NCBI GenBank assembly: GCA_951406725.2
Contig: OX597830.1
Location: 67,456,001 to 67,520,000 of the forward strand
Direction: 5' to 3'
From: Octopus vulgaris
Lineage: Eukaryota
Length of the DNA stretch: 64,000 bases
How positions within the stretch are numbered: position 1 is the stretch's first letter; every line of letters starts with the position of its first letter. Positions 1-15,249 of this stretch are shown here, piece after piece. The position numbers and the translations under genes were made by a program. Under the pieces are notes generated by a model, which saw nothing but the letters and a program-made list of their open reading frames with translations, did not search any database and was not told the DNA's origin.

Positions 1-445
1 AGTGGGTGATTTTATGTGCCACCGACACAGGTGCCAGACGAGGCTGGCGAACGGCCACGCTCGGATGGTGTTTTTATGTGCCACCGACACAGGTGCCAGA
101 CAAGGCTGGCAGACGACCACGCTCGGATGGTGTTTTTTATGTGCCACCGACACAGGTGCCAGACGAGGCTGGCGAACGGCCACGCTCGGATGGTGTTTTT
201 ATGTGCCACCGACACAGGTGCCAGACAAGGCTGGCAGACGACCACGCTCGGATGGTGTTTTTATGTGCCACCGACACAGGTGCCAGACGAGGCTGGCGAA
301 CGGCCACGCTCGGATGGTGTTTTTATGTGCCACCGACACAGGTGCCAGACGAGGCTGGCGAACGGCCACGCTCGGATGGTGTTTTTATGTGCCACCGACA
401 CAGGTGCCAGACAGGCTAGCAGACGACCGCGCTCGGATGGTGTTT
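1..445 (-). repeat. 62-bp minisatellite (~7 units), same family as the tandem repeats in the RTE-like LINE 3' region
   Basis: Unit ggatggtgtttttatgtgccaccgacacaggtgccagacgaggctggcgaacggccacgctc with two alternating variants; related to 43555-43870 and, in reverse, 9520-9790. Confidence 0.85.
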
Positions 446-453
446 ATATATTT

Positions 454-2035
<1,582 letters not shown>

Positions 2036-3089
2036 TTTTATTTAATGATTTTCCGGTTTTTGGTTTCTGGTCAACTGCTTAAATCTTATGACTGTCTCTA
2101 TTGGATGAATGACTTTATATGTACTTAATTCAGAGTATTTTATAACAAATATTCTTTTAAAAATCTGTCTTTCAACCAAAAATAGTAATTTATTTGCCAT
2201 TGCCAGTGGTCAACCTCTTCTGTTTTCCTTCTGGTTGCTACTTTATATGAACCCCCTTGTACATTAATGGTCCTTGAAATTACACCACTCGCTAATTTCC
2301 ATGTGTAATGAAATGACCAGCAAAGTGTTGCTTCTTCTTCACCTTAGTTATACATCATTCATCTCTTTGCATTTCTACCTTACAAAACACTAACCCACCT
2401 GTAATTGGATTTCATTTCTTATAATTTTGTTGTTCATTAGATGTGCTCCTTGGCCTTTGACCCATCACTTTAATTTTTTGCACCACCTAATTCATCTTCT
2501 GTGTACTACCTGTAACTCTTCCTAGTCTCGAATTAACATAATTGTAGGCCTACCACTATTTACAATCTTTCTTCTCTGATTTCTCTGTTCTTCCTTTGTC
2601 TCCTTATGGCTCAGAAAAGTGCAGTCTTTCTGGCCTTCCTTATACACGATGTGCCAAACTATTTCTGCCTCCACCACAACATATTACAGAAATCTCACCT
2701 TTGTAACAGAAACACCTCATGCCTCTGCCTCCACCAGTTGTCTCATCCACATTTATGCATGTACTGAAATGAGACCTTGTTACTTTTTAGTCAATTAAGA
2801 AACTACCTTTTTCTTTTCTTTCTACTTGTAATGAATTAACCAATTAGCTGTTTTCTTAATTTTCATTATTTACCCATTTATGTTTGTATTAATGGTGCTT
2901 ATAATGACAATGCTTGTACTACACTTACTTCCAGTAGAGACAGTCATTTGAACACGAATGAATGATAATATATTAATGCGAGTGGAACTGATACGTGTCT
3001 GCTGGTAAATGCTCAATGAAACCTTCTTTTCAAATGTTGAATGTCATCTCTCCTTTCCAAGTTCCATGTCATGTCCCTTTCCACACCTT

Positions 3090-5415
3090 ATGTAGGTCTG
3101 GCGAGATTGTGGAGGGGTGCTTCAGACAAATTTCTCATGGGTAAGAAACAGATTTAAAATCATCTGGAAAAGTAACAGGGATGAGGTAGGTAGCATGGGA
3201 TTACTTCTAACAGACAAATGGGATGGTAAGGTGATTGAGGCAGTCACAATTTGCAATAGAGAATTTAAGCTTAGACTAGTTTTGCAGAGAAGTAGAGCAA
3301 TATCTCTAACTATGTTCCCCAGGCAGGTCTACCAATGAACAAAAGGACCGTTTTATGATATTCTTCTGCTAGCTACCTCAAAGACAAATGACAATAACCT
3401 CATCTTTGTTGGCTGATGCTTTCAATGGACATGTTGGGCAACACCCTGGTATCTTCCATGGTATACATGAGGGCCATGGAATTGGTTCTCAAAACAAGGA
3501 GGGAACAAGGCTACTGGAGTTCTACAATGTGAATAACCTAATGATCTGCAACACCGACTTCAGAAAGCCAGCCAAACACCTGATAACTTATCAACTAGTT
3601 GCTCATGCTAGCCAGATTTATTACATTCTCAATTGTAAGCAAGATATATGGTTGCTCATAAATGCAATGGCCTTACCTGGTGAAGAATGTGACCACCTCA
3701 GCATAGATTAGTCTTTAGTGATTTTATACTTCAGGCTAGAGAGATTTCAGGAAGCAGACCAATCTAGAAAAGAAGGATTTGGAAGCTTAAGGGTCCTTTA
3801 TATGTTCAAACTTTTAGAGACACCCAAATTGAGAAATTTAAGGAGATGGAGGAGAAATTACAAACTTGTAACAACAAGGGTGAGTGGGAGTTACTGCAGG
3901 ACAGCTTGCTGAGTACCACAACCCAAATCTGTGTCTGGTGTAAAGTTCCAATCAGACCTAGGATGATGTGGTGCTGGAATGATGTTGTAGATAAGGACAT
4001 GAGAGTGAAGAAACAAGCCTGGAATGACTGAAAGAATTATAGTACCAGAGAATCATATCAGGTAGCATGGAAAAAGGCTAAAATTAAGGTATATTTAGAC
4101 TGGGGACAAGCAGAGAGGGGAAAGTATGCAAATATTCTGTATCATGAAGATCAGAGGCTTGAGATATTTCGGAACACAAGGCTATGTCAGAGATCATTAT
4201 GATGTGGTAGGAGAGAAGTGTATTCACATGGATGATGGTTCACACGTAGATAGGGATTCTGCAAGGAAGGAAACTTGGAAACACTTTTAGTGTTTGCTAA
4301 ATGTAGAGAATGCATGGAAGAAGAGAAGCTCACCTAATGCTGATCCAACGGCTATCTGAATTGACAGTAATTTGGTAGGTAAAGCAATTAAAGTTACGAA
4401 GACAGGGAAAGCCTCTGGCTCATTAGGAATGACTGCTAAGACGCTTCACATATCTGGTGGAGTGGGATATGTCCTCGTCTCTGATATAAATAAACCAAGC
4501 AAGAGGGAGCTAAATGCAATAGTTGGTGTAGCAGTGTTATAGTCAACAGGTACAAAGGCAAAGGTGATGCTTTAGACAAAAATGATTACAAATGCACCAA
4601 ATTGTTGGACCAGGTGATGAAAGTTGCAGAACGAGTCGTAAGTCAATTAATAAGGAAGAGAGTTTGTGTAGATGAGATGCAGTTTGGATTTTCACTAGGT
4701 AGAAGCACCACCAATGCTTTCCTCCTGGTGTGCAATTGCAGAAGTACTTTGCCAAAAATATCTGGTTTTTGCTGACATAAAGAAGATCTTTGACAAGATT
4801 CTCCACACCTGGTGGGCAAGGCAGAAGACAGGGATAGATAAGAGGTTGGATGGGTAATGTTAATATGCATATGCAACAGAGTGTAAGTGATTTGAGAGAA
4901 AAGCTGGGTGTATGATGCATGGAACGTAGTATGCAAGAGATAAGTCTGTGCTGGTACAGTCATTTAATGTGTATGAGTGAAGAGTTGCATAGCGAGGTGC
5001 TGATCTCTAATTGTGGAGGGAACGTATGGAAGGGCTAGGCCCATGAAGATGTGCGACAAAGTCATGAGAAAGGAGCTATGGATGTTGATAGTCACAGAGG
5101 GGATGACAGAGGATTGGTACTCCAGGTACTTTGGTGTGCTTGAGAAAATTTGACAAGCTAAGTAAAACTGAGGTCGTACTTGTTCCCTGCATTACTCTTC
5201 AGCTGAGTATTCACAATCCTGCAGGTTCATGGGTACTAATTCCAGGTAAATGTACCTGTTTTGGTGCTGCATAAAAGCACCCAGTTCACTCTGTAAAGTG
5301 GTTGGCATTAGGAATGGCATCCAGTCATGGAGCCTGGGCAGCTTTTAAGCTGGCCAGTTCCTGTCAAGCCGTCCAACTTATGCACACATGGAAAATGGAT
5401 GTTAAATGATGTTAG
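3090..5415 (+). mobile_element. Degenerate RTE-like LINE (APE endonuclease + RT), internally deleted near 4810
   Basis: DAFNGHVG..G.G..NKEGTRLLEF...NNLMICNT.F.K motifs; RT QFGF..GRST remnants; many stops. Confidence 0.85.
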
Positions 5416-6577
5416 AAAATGTTCTCATAAACACTGTGGTTCCAATATGTTGAAGGACATGAGGTAATCAGGGAACTCTCTTTTTATAATAAGACAGAGA
5501 ACTTGTCCTTCCTCCTAAAAACTACCAAAAATACCTTCACAACATATCCTAAAAGAAGGCGAGAGTTAAATTGGAAAAAGCTATAAATAATGACTGGCCC
5601 CATATTTGACCAAAACAAAGATCCATCCTGCATCATACCAGTCCTGTCTAGACCCCTAATCTCTGAACAATCAATTTCAACAATCTACAAAGATCACAAA
5701 ATAGTACACTTCATATTCTTTCGAATTTTGTATAAACCATTTTCACAGTCCATGTGAATAAGCAAGTTAGTTATTAGATGAGACTGCTAGAATTAGCAGC
5801 TAAATCTCTCTGAACAGCACCTGACTTTCTTAAAAATGCACGGACACTCTTTCTTAAAAATGTACGCACACATGATACATTGTAGATGTCAATATGCTAA
5901 AGCAAAATGAACATCGCTTTAATTCTCTCTAATCACAAGTCAGCTTGATCATGGCTGATGTTGATCTAAACAACAACAACAACATATACAATAAAGCTAA
6001 AATGTTTAAAATGAAATATCCACTTCAATGCGTGTAGGCAGAGTTTGTTACAGCAAGATGAAACACCACACAATCCTTGCTGTTACATGTTCAGTGAAAC
6101 TAAAACTACCAAACACGTTATTAGCCTCTTTAGTCTCAAACTCTGTGCTGAGAAACAAATCGATAGAGACAAGTACAGAAGCACAGTGATTGTCACACTG
6201 CAAGACGTCTGTTGGTGCCCAGAAATGAAATGATGGAAGATATGCAATCTATCCAAACTGATACACTGCAACCCATATTACAAAGCTCTGCACATCAGAT
6301 TGCACATTACAGTCCTCAGATAGGGAGAATATGGTATATCTACAGATCACATCCAGTCATTTCACTAACTACATACATACTATAACTATACAACAACAAT
6401 AGCAACAAGTAAAACAACCACAAACTCATGATACTTTATAGATTGCAATGAAGGTAAGAGCAACACAGGAAGGAGTTTACAACAGCTTATTTAGATTGAC
6501 GTTTGATGTTAACTGGGGAATCTTCTCTCATTATTGAAATTAATAAAGAGAGAAAATCATGGATAGATAAATAGTTT

Positions 6578-6610
<33 letters not shown>

Positions 6611-6684
6611 ATTTGTATATATGTATATTTATACATATATATGGGTGTGTGTATATTTATATGCCTATGTATCAATACATGTGT

Positions 6685-6714
<30 letters not shown>

Positions 6715-6715
<1 letters not shown>

Positions 6716-7100
6716 GTTAACCCAAACATGAAAACACAAAGAGAAAACACAACAACGTGAGGACATGGAACAAATATAGTATTATTGGACGCTCAGGAAG
6801 GAAGGGAAGAAGGAGGGTTTAATGTTTCAAGTGGAGCTCTTCGTCAAAAACATAGGAGAAGGAAAGATCCAGAGAAGGGAAGACAGAGGAAAAAAATCGC
6901 CAACGGTACATACGTGGTCACATTTTGAATGACCGGAAGGAAATGGGTGAAGAAAAGTTCTTTCAAAGACAGGAGAGTGCAAGAGGAGGTATGTTTGTGT
7001 AAGTGTGGATATGTGCGTGCGAGAAGGTCTGCGTGTGCATGTGTGTGTATGTGTGTATGTGTGCAATGATAACACGTGTGTGTAAACAGAGTGAGAGAGG
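6715..7100 (-). mobile_element. Penelope-like pLTR fragment with degenerate hammerhead-like core
   Basis: Minus strand near 6818-6852 reads gttt(t)tgacga-agagctccactt-gaaacatta-aac. Confidence 0.4.
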
Positions 7101-7356
7101 AGATGGTAAAGTGTATAACATTCATGGATTATGAGTTCAAACCCACCATTGACAATTGTTGTATTTCTTTGTCAATATCTTTATTTTATATGGTCACAAC
7201 TCAGCTCTAAGGAATTAGTAGCAGAACAATTTGGTTCAGTCTCATACCAGAACAACACTCTATCCACTTAACTATTATCTCCACAATATAGTTCTGATAA
7301 TGCCACTGTATATCTTCCCTGGATGTGTTAAAGATAAGTTCACATCAAAAATTCCT

Positions 7357-9950
7357 TGGGACAACCTGGTGAGATCTGTGACCAGATCTGTGGATGGTGC
7401 AAAGATCTCTATCAACCCAAGGTAACATGGTGGTGGAACAACGTAGTTGACAAGGCCATAAGGGAAAAGAAACAGGCATGGAAGGACTGGTGGTAGGAGG
7501 GAATTGTATCAGACTGTCAGCTAGGAGACAGGTTTATTTAGCCAGAAGGGTAGTAGATAAGAAATAAATTGCCAATGTCCTGTGTTGTGAGGACCAAAGA
7601 CTTGAGGTGGTTTGTGCTGCAAGACAGTGTGTGAGAGAGAATCATGATGTCATAGGAGAGAAATGTATCCGCATAGATGATGGTTCACTTGCATTTAATG
7701 AGGCTGCAAAAAGAGAGACCTGGAGATGCCATTATGAAAGATTGCTAAATGAAGAGAATGAATGAGATAAAGAGAGTCTGCCAAATGTCAACCCATCAGA
7801 GGTACCAGCTATCCGAATTGACAGTACCTTGGTAGATGAAGTAATTAAGGGTATGAAAACAGGGAAAGCCCCTGACCCATCAGGAATCACTGCAGAGATG
7901 CTTAAAATATCTGGTAATGTCGGCTATAGTCACCCATTTAGACAATCTGGTGATACATGAAGGAGTCATACCCAATGACTGGTGTAGCAGTACCATAGTC
8001 AACTGTTACAAAGGTAAAGGTGATGCATTAGCTACAAATAATTACAGAGGTATCAAGTTGCTGGATTAGGTAATTAAAGTCACAAAGAGGGACATAGGCC
8101 AACTAATTAGGGAGAGAGTTAGTTTAGATGAGTTGCAGTTTGGGTTTGTGCTAGGGAAAAACACCACCGATGCTATATTTCTAGCAAGACAGCTGCAGGA
8201 GAAATACTTAACCCAAGGTAAATCTCTGTACCTGGCTTTCATTGGCATGGAGAAAGCCTTTGACAGGGTTTCCCTATCCCTTATCTGGTGGTCAATGAGG
8301 AAACTAAGTAGAGATGAATGGTTAGTGAGAGCTGTACAAGCCATGTACAGGGATGCTGTCTGTAAGATGAGGGTTGGCAATGAGTACAGTGAAGAATTCT
8401 GGGTAGGGGTCCACCAAGGATCATCATAGTCCTCCAGGCAACAACAGAGGAATTCAAGACAGGATGCCCCTGGGAGCTCCTCTATGCTGATGACCTTGCT
8501 CTAATTGCTGAGTCATTATCAGAACTAGAGGAGAAGTTTCAGGTGTGGATGCAAGGACTACAATCGAAGGGCCTTAGAGTCAACCTAGCAAAAACCAAAG
8601 TCTTAATAAGTAGTAAGGCAGACAAACCACAAATCCCTTCAGGTAGATGGCTCTGCTTGATCTGTAGAGAAGGCATAGGTAGAAACTCGATAAGATGTAC
8701 CCAGTGTCAGCTATGGATACATAAGAGGTACAGCAATATCAAAGGAAAGCTAACTGCGAAGATAGTTTATATGTGTGGCGAATGCTCAGGAGCAATAAAC
8801 ACTGAAAATGTGCAGAGAACATCTTCCATCAAATTCCAGGGGCAAAAAACTACAAGTAGTTGATAGCTTTCATTACCTAGGTGACCAAGTGAAAGTGTAA
8901 CTTCTAGAATAAGAATAGCCTGGGCAAAGTTCAGAGAGCTCTTACCTTTGCTGGTGGCAAAGGGCAACTTACTCAGAGTAAAAAGTAGACTGTATGACAC
9001 ATGTGTGTCAACAGCCATGCTACATGGCTGTGAAAGATGGGTTGTGACTACTGAGGACATCCATAAGCTTACAAAGAATGAAGCTAGTATGCTCTGCTGG
9101 ATGTGTAATGTCAGTATGCATACACAACAGAGTGTAAGTGCCCTGAGAGAAAAGTTGGACATAAGAAGCATCAGATGTGGTGTGCAAGAGAGATGACTGC
9201 ACTGGCATGGTCATGTATTGTGAATGGATGAGGACAGCTGTGTGAGCAGTGCCACATCCTAGCATTTGAGGGAACCTGTGGATGAGGGAGACCCAGGAAG
9301 CCCTGAGATGAGGTGGTGAAGCATGACCTTTGAACGTTGGGCCTCTCCTAGGCATGACAAGTGACTGAGACCTTTGGAGATATGCTGTGCTTGAGAAGAC
9401 CCGGCTAGCCAAATGAGACTATAACCGTAGCCTATGCCAGTGCTGCATAACCAGCCCATTTAAGAGTACTCTTCAATCATTGGGCAATAATCTCTGCTAA
9501 GACCTGTTGAAGCAAGTGAAATCGATGTCATGGCTGATGACAGTACCACCTGACTGGGACCTGTGCCAGTGGAATGTTAAAAGCACCATTCAAGCTTGGT
9601 CGTTGCCAGTGCCACCTGACTGGCTCCTGTGCTGGTGGCATGTAAAAAGCACGATTTCAGAGTGGTCATTGGCAGTCACCTGACTGGCTCCTGTGCAGGT
9701 AGCACATAAAAAGTGCCATTTGAGCATGGTTGATGCCAGTACCACCTGACTGGCCCCCGTGCCAGTGGCACATTAAAGCACCCACTACATTCTTGGAGTG
9801 GCTGGCATTAGGAAGGGCATCCAGCTGTAGAAACTTTGCCAGATCAGATTGGAGCTTAATGCAGCCTTCTGACTCATCAGCCCTCAGTTAAACTGTCCAC
9901 CCCATGCCAGCATGGAAAGCGGACATTAAATGATGATGACGACGACGGTG
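7357..9950 (+). mobile_element. 5'-truncated RTE-like LINE with RT, Cys-rich region, 3' tandem repeats and (gat/gac)n tail
   Basis: QFGFVLGKNTTDAIF..LQEKY...AFI.MEKAFDRV, GVHQGS, LLYADDL; absent at the paralogous site near 49505-49517. Confidence 0.92.
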
Positions 9951-10099
9951 TAGTACCTTTACAAACAACAAAACATCTTTATTTGATTGTATGTGTGAAT
10001 TTTAAAAGATTTTTAAAAATATTTGTTCATTCTTAGATTACTTTATATCTGAAAATTTAACTTTAAGGAATTCATTAAAGTTTTTCTTTTAATTATCAG

Positions 10100-10188
10100 G
10101 ATTCTGGTCGAGCAGCAGCTATTATGGCAGATGCTTACCAAACAAAACTCGAAAATTCAAATGAAGAAGATGAAGACAAAAATGACAG
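10100..10188 (+). CDS. TRPM: TRPM-like exon, module 1: DSGRAAAIMADAYQTKLENSNEEDEDKND(R)
   Basis: ttatcag| acceptor, ag|gtttgt donor; TRPM GSGRAAD motif; phase 0 to 2. Confidence 0.88.
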
Positions 10189-11492
10189 GTTTGTTCTTCA
10201 TTTCGATAGAACAATAATTTTTTTTTTTTTTGCTTTTGTTGTTGTCATTACTGTTGATGTTATTAAATATGTTGTTGTTTATCCCCTATTAGCCCTGATA
10301 GAACAGGTCTATGAACGTATGTAATCCAGTCTTTATTTCCCTGTATTTACATACTTAGAAGACTTTATTATTCCACTGTGTCAGTCTTCCTTTTTGCTGA
10401 AAGGGTATGATTTGAAATGGATTTAACTTATATTTTTAGCAGTTTTGAGTGGCAAGGTAATCTGCTCCCTCCTTGGCTTGCAACTCTGCTATTACTATAG
10501 TTGATAGTTTGATTTTAGAGCTGATATTAATAGCGTTGTAGATATTTAAAGCTTTGACTGAAACTGATGACTCATCAGATTTCTTTAACTAAAGACTCAA
10601 ACTTTTGGCAGTATGACTTGACACTGATAATAATCATAATATTGATTTGTTATTTTGACACAAGGCTCCATATTTGCTGGGGAAGGATAATGGGTCCAAT
10701 TCAGGACATGCCTAGAGATGTTTGGTTTTGTCTATTTCGTTTTCCATCGAATTTAAAAGATCAGATCAAGCAGTAGGTATCATGAAACAACATGAAAACA
10801 CATTAATAGAAATGGTAATTATGAATAAATCTAGTATGGGTTTAACCAGTTCTGGGCACACTGGCTCTGGCTGTAAACTTAATTCATTCCATCTTTTAAC
10901 ACTGAAGTACCTGGTGGTGGTTCAACAGGAGCATTTGGTCCTTCACTGCCTTTAACAGTCCACAACGTTGTGAGCATTCAGAACCGGCCATGTCTTGATT
11001 TACAGTCTTTTCAATTCATAGCATCACTGTTTGCTACAGGCTGACATGTAAGGGGTTCTCAAAAGGAGGTCTACTAGCATATATGCCAGAGTTACTATGA
11101 GCAACATCTCTAGAAACAACCCCATTTCTTGTCAGGCCTCCCCAATCTATGTCTACCAGATTAAATATTTACAAGATCCAAAAATTGATTAACAGCAACC
11201 CATGAGTTCTGTTTTATCCATGTCTTTTCCTCATTAATCTTAGTTGTTCTGTAAAAATTATGGGTGGTGCCTTTCCTCCTTATATTAAGATTTGTCCCAT
11301 CATTTGTTATCACTAATAGTGTAGCCTGATTAACATAATTCTGATTAGGGCTCCAAGGTAGCCTAACTTATCTTCTTTGTGACATCAGTATAGACCTTAT
11401 GTTATTCTTTATAGCTAACTTTCTTTTAATCACTATTAAAAGATTTACATATTAATTTCTGAAATAACTCTTCTTTCTCCATCAATTCTAAG

Positions 11493-11662
11493 GATCAGAG
11501 AGCAAATTATTAAAGAATTTGAAAAAGAATTGAAAGGAGAAGGGATAGATAACTTGGTTGACTATGTGTTGATGTCCCTAAAACGACCAAACTTGCTGAC
11601 TGTTTATGATAAAGATTCAGAGAAAGAATTTGATCTAACAATGTTCAAAGCTGTATTCAAGG
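11493..11662 (+). CDS. TRPM: TRPM-like exon, module 1: IREQIIKEFEKELKGEGIDNLVDYVLMSLKRPNLLTVYDKDSEKEFDLTMFKAVFK
   Basis: Open frame, donor g|gtaaga; acceptor taag at 11492 or in-frame cag at 11498; LLTVF..D.D.AIL.ALLK-like motif; phase 2 to 1. Confidence 0.82.
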
Positions 11663-12249
11663 GTAAGAAATAGTTTAAAATTAAATTTTCAGTTTTTTTA
11701 TATTTTCCAATCAGTTTGACTTTTATTAGACGTAATTGTAATTTAGATTAATTATTGCTAATTAGACTAATTATTACACTTGTAAAAAAGTTGAGAGCTA
11801 TTTTTAGTATAAAAAATCTAAAAAATCTAAATTAGGATGAAATATGCAGAGAAAGAATAACGATATTATTGATGACTTATGCTATCATTTGTATATTTTC
11901 TTGTAAGTTTTGGGAGGTTAATCCTGTACCTGAAGCTTAATTAAGCTTCATCAATAAGAGAATCGATGGCTGTATCAATGGATTTTCTAGAGAAGCTTCT
12001 GGTGTCTCAGTGAACTGTATGTTGTTATTAGCATTGTATTTTGTCTCTGGTGAAGACATTTAACTCACAGGTTCCCCTTTTCTATATTACTGAAAATAGA
12101 TACAAAATAGTAAAAACAGTATGCTTCTGCAATTGTTATCACGATGAATATTTTCCAGATTTGAGGCACACAATCTAACCTTAGCCATAGAAATAGTTAG
12201 TTGGAAATAGTTCTTGTCTTGACGAAATTGCCATTTAATATATCGGCAC

Positions 12250-12540
12250 AAGAAGGCAGCAAACTGACAGGAACGTTAGCATACTGGGGGAAATGCTTTG
12301 TGGGATTTGGTCTGTCTTTACATTCTGAGTTCATCCTTTTGGGAGTCGATAAATTAAGTATCAGTTGCATACTGGGATCAATCTAATCCACTAGCCCCCT
12401 CTCCAGAAGTTTCGGGCCTTTTGCCTACAGTAAAAAAGAATATATAGGCGCAGGCATGGCTGTGGTAAGAAGCTTGCTTCCCAACCACATGCTTCCAGGT
12501 TCAGTTCCACTGCATGGCACCTTGAGCAAGTGTCTTCTAA
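12250..12540 (+). mobile_element. Two adjacent SINE copies (tRNA-type heads)
   Basis: aaggcagcaaactgacaggaacgttagc... matches 18720; ggcgcaggcatggctgtggtaagaagcttgcttcccaacc matches 24363 and the reverse of 58090-58170. Confidence 0.7.
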
Positions 12541-12544
12541 AATT

Positions 12545-13666
12545 GTTTCAGTATGGATATTGGGTGGCTGGACAAATGTTTCAAAGAGACAGAGACATTG
12601 AGAAGAGCCAGATTAATCAATACTGAAAATATTGCGCTCAACATAGACATAGAAATCAGAAAATTAGATCTCAATCGCCCACACATCTAGGAACAGTGGA
12701 AATAGAATACATCACAAAAATGAAAGAGTAAATTAGTAGAGAATATTAAAGAATAGTTAGACTTATATTTAAACACTGAAGTCAATGCTGAAACTAATAT
12801 GATAGAAACAAGCATACTAGCTATACTGATCATACTTGAAGAACAGTGAATTGAAAACCTTAGATAAAAAGACCCTATTAACAGCATACAGAAGTCACCA
12901 CCCCACAGCAGACAAAAACAGAATATATCTACCCCTCTCAGAAGATGGTGTCTTGACACAGATAGAGAACTACAAAATAAAAGCAGTTGGACTGGAAATG
13001 TACTTACAAAGAACTGGTGCAATAGAGTGGATGAAATTACTGCCCATATCATGAACGAGTGCCATAGACTTGAGCAAAATCTCTATAAGTTGTGACCACA
13101 CGATCAAGTAGTGAAAGTGCTCCACTAGAAACTGTGTGAAAAGTGAGGGCTAGAGAGAGTCAAAATGCAGCATGAGCACAAACCACAGAGATTGGCGGTA
13201 TTGGAGACTAGCAAAATCTTCTGGATTTCCCAATCCAAACGTATCGAATGCTAGAGCATAACAGACTGGACCTAGTGGTGGAGGACAAGGTGCACCACAT
13301 ATGTTATATAAATGATGTTGCTTGCCCTGTTGACCCACGAACAATCAAGAAAGAAGATGAAAAGATAGATGCAATCATTTTAAGTATCAAATAACCAGGC
13401 TATGGAAAATGAAGAAGGTGAAGACAGTGCCAATTATTGTTAGATCCTTGGGAAGAGTATGAGAAGGCATCAAGAGGAATATAAAGGAAATCGGAATAGA
13501 GTTCCCAGTAGAACTGTTACAAAAGGATTTCCTCCTTGGCACGGCCAGAATAATCAGGACAGTATTAGATAACTGTAAAGAGCAGGTAGTAAACCCAATA
13601 CGCATGCAAGACTCCAGGTGTTCCAACAAAACCTGTAATAAAGAGATAATAATATTAATAATAATG

Positions 13667-13736
<70 letters not shown>

Positions 13737-14500
13737 TAAATTGAAGTGCAGTGGAGCCAGAAGCCTCTGCATGGACAGTATATACATTGAAGCCGAAATG
13801 CTGATGTAGACCAAGCAACAACCCATCAGTAGCTGAGAAGCTCAGGACGGAAAACAGTGACTGAAAGTTTCATATTGGCAGCAAAGATCAAATGTTGCCT
13901 TACCGGAGAGTCATGAGAAGCTAAAGAAACTTTACAACAAAGTTTTTCTGAAAGTACGATTCCCTCTTGGCTCGTTAATGGTGTTACATTTCTACTTCAG
14001 AAACATGAAGAAGCAAATGAACCAAAAAATCATAGACCCATAACCTGCTTAACAACAATGTATAAAATACTAACATCTGTCTTAACTGATTATACCTGTA
14101 GTTTTTTAATAGAAGTGGTATCTTCCTAAATGAACAAAAGATTGTAAACATGGGTTCTATAGTTGTAAAGATCAGCAACTCATCAATAAGATGATTTTGG
14201 AAGATTGTCACAAACAACACAAGAACTTATCAATAGTATGATAAATAAGACTTTGATAGTCTACCACAAAGCTGGATTGGAAATATTTGGGAAGTTATAA
14301 AATAGCACCTACTCTGCAAAACGTCTTATGGTATGAGATTATGGAAAACAACACTGACTTTGAATAGTGACAAAGAATCTTTCAATGCTAGGAATGTAAG
14401 AATTTCATGTGGCACTTTCCAGAGTGACCCTATAAACACTCTTCTTTTGTCTAGCTTTAATGCCTCTTTAGAAATTGCTCGATGATAGGCAAATAGCTAT
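12545..14500 (+). mobile_element. Dong/R4-type (RLE) non-LTR retroelement fragments around a (TAA)n tract (13650-13737)
   Basis: RPDLVV..K....I.DVA.P.D and W.MKKVKTVPIIV.SLG RLE end; RT fragment (RPITCL, EQK.C, DQ.LINK) at 13900-14470. Confidence 0.75.
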
Positions 14501-14783
14501 GTCTTTTAAAAACATTCATGATTAACAACGATGAATATAATGATCAAATTCTTCCATTAACGTTATTAAGTTTTGGATCAACCTTAAAGAATAAAATTTA
14601 AGGATTGTGGGGTCTGACAGAAGTAGAGAATTGAAAGACATTTTGTACTGTTTTTGCCCTTTCTATGATAAATATTGAGGACTGAAATATCTGGAATAAG
14701 TTTGTCACACTGAGTTATTACACATGATTACATAAAATTTAAGCATTAAACTTCAAATCCAAATATTACTCCTCCTCCTCCTC

Positions 14784-14823
<40 letters not shown>

Positions 14824-15249
14824 AGTAACTACAATCATTTGGCAACATGTTAGGCATAATTGTGCAGACCAATGGTCACGGTCTTTTAATTGTGACCACC
14901 CTATCTTTTTTTCCAAGACATCTACAATTTCCTCTGGGACTACTTTATCTGATTTGTGCTTCCGTTTTAAGTCAGTAGGGTGATATAATATGGTGATTCC
15001 ATATTTATTTCTATTTAATAACAACATAGATATTCTTCATATATTCCTGTCATAACCTTGTCATTTCATTATGAACACTGAACATCAGAATATAAAGCTA
15101 GAAGAAATACTGCTAAGCATTTTCCCCGTTACACTAACGACTGGCAAGCTCACTGTTTTGGGAAATAATATGAACAATAATAAAAGTAGAGTGTAGGAAT
15201 TACAAGGTATCATATGAGTGATGTTAATGCTATTAACTATTTTGATTTA

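Larger units (their letters stand above)
9960..12160 (+). repeat. Segmental-duplication block homologous to ~49510-51915
   Basis: Colinear intron matches (gctttgactgaaactgatgactcatcagatttc, caaggctccatatttgctgggga, ccccttttctatattactg). Confidence 0.9.

Noticed and set aside
1-445. CRISPR-like array or long ORFs (203/179/137 aa)
   Set aside because: No unique spacers, eukaryotic context; the ORFs are by-products of a 62-bp tandem repeat plus (TA)n.
13387-13826. Poly-Ile/poly-Leu ORFs resembling membrane proteins (also 14746, 41998, 62176)
   Set aside because: Translations of microsatellites.
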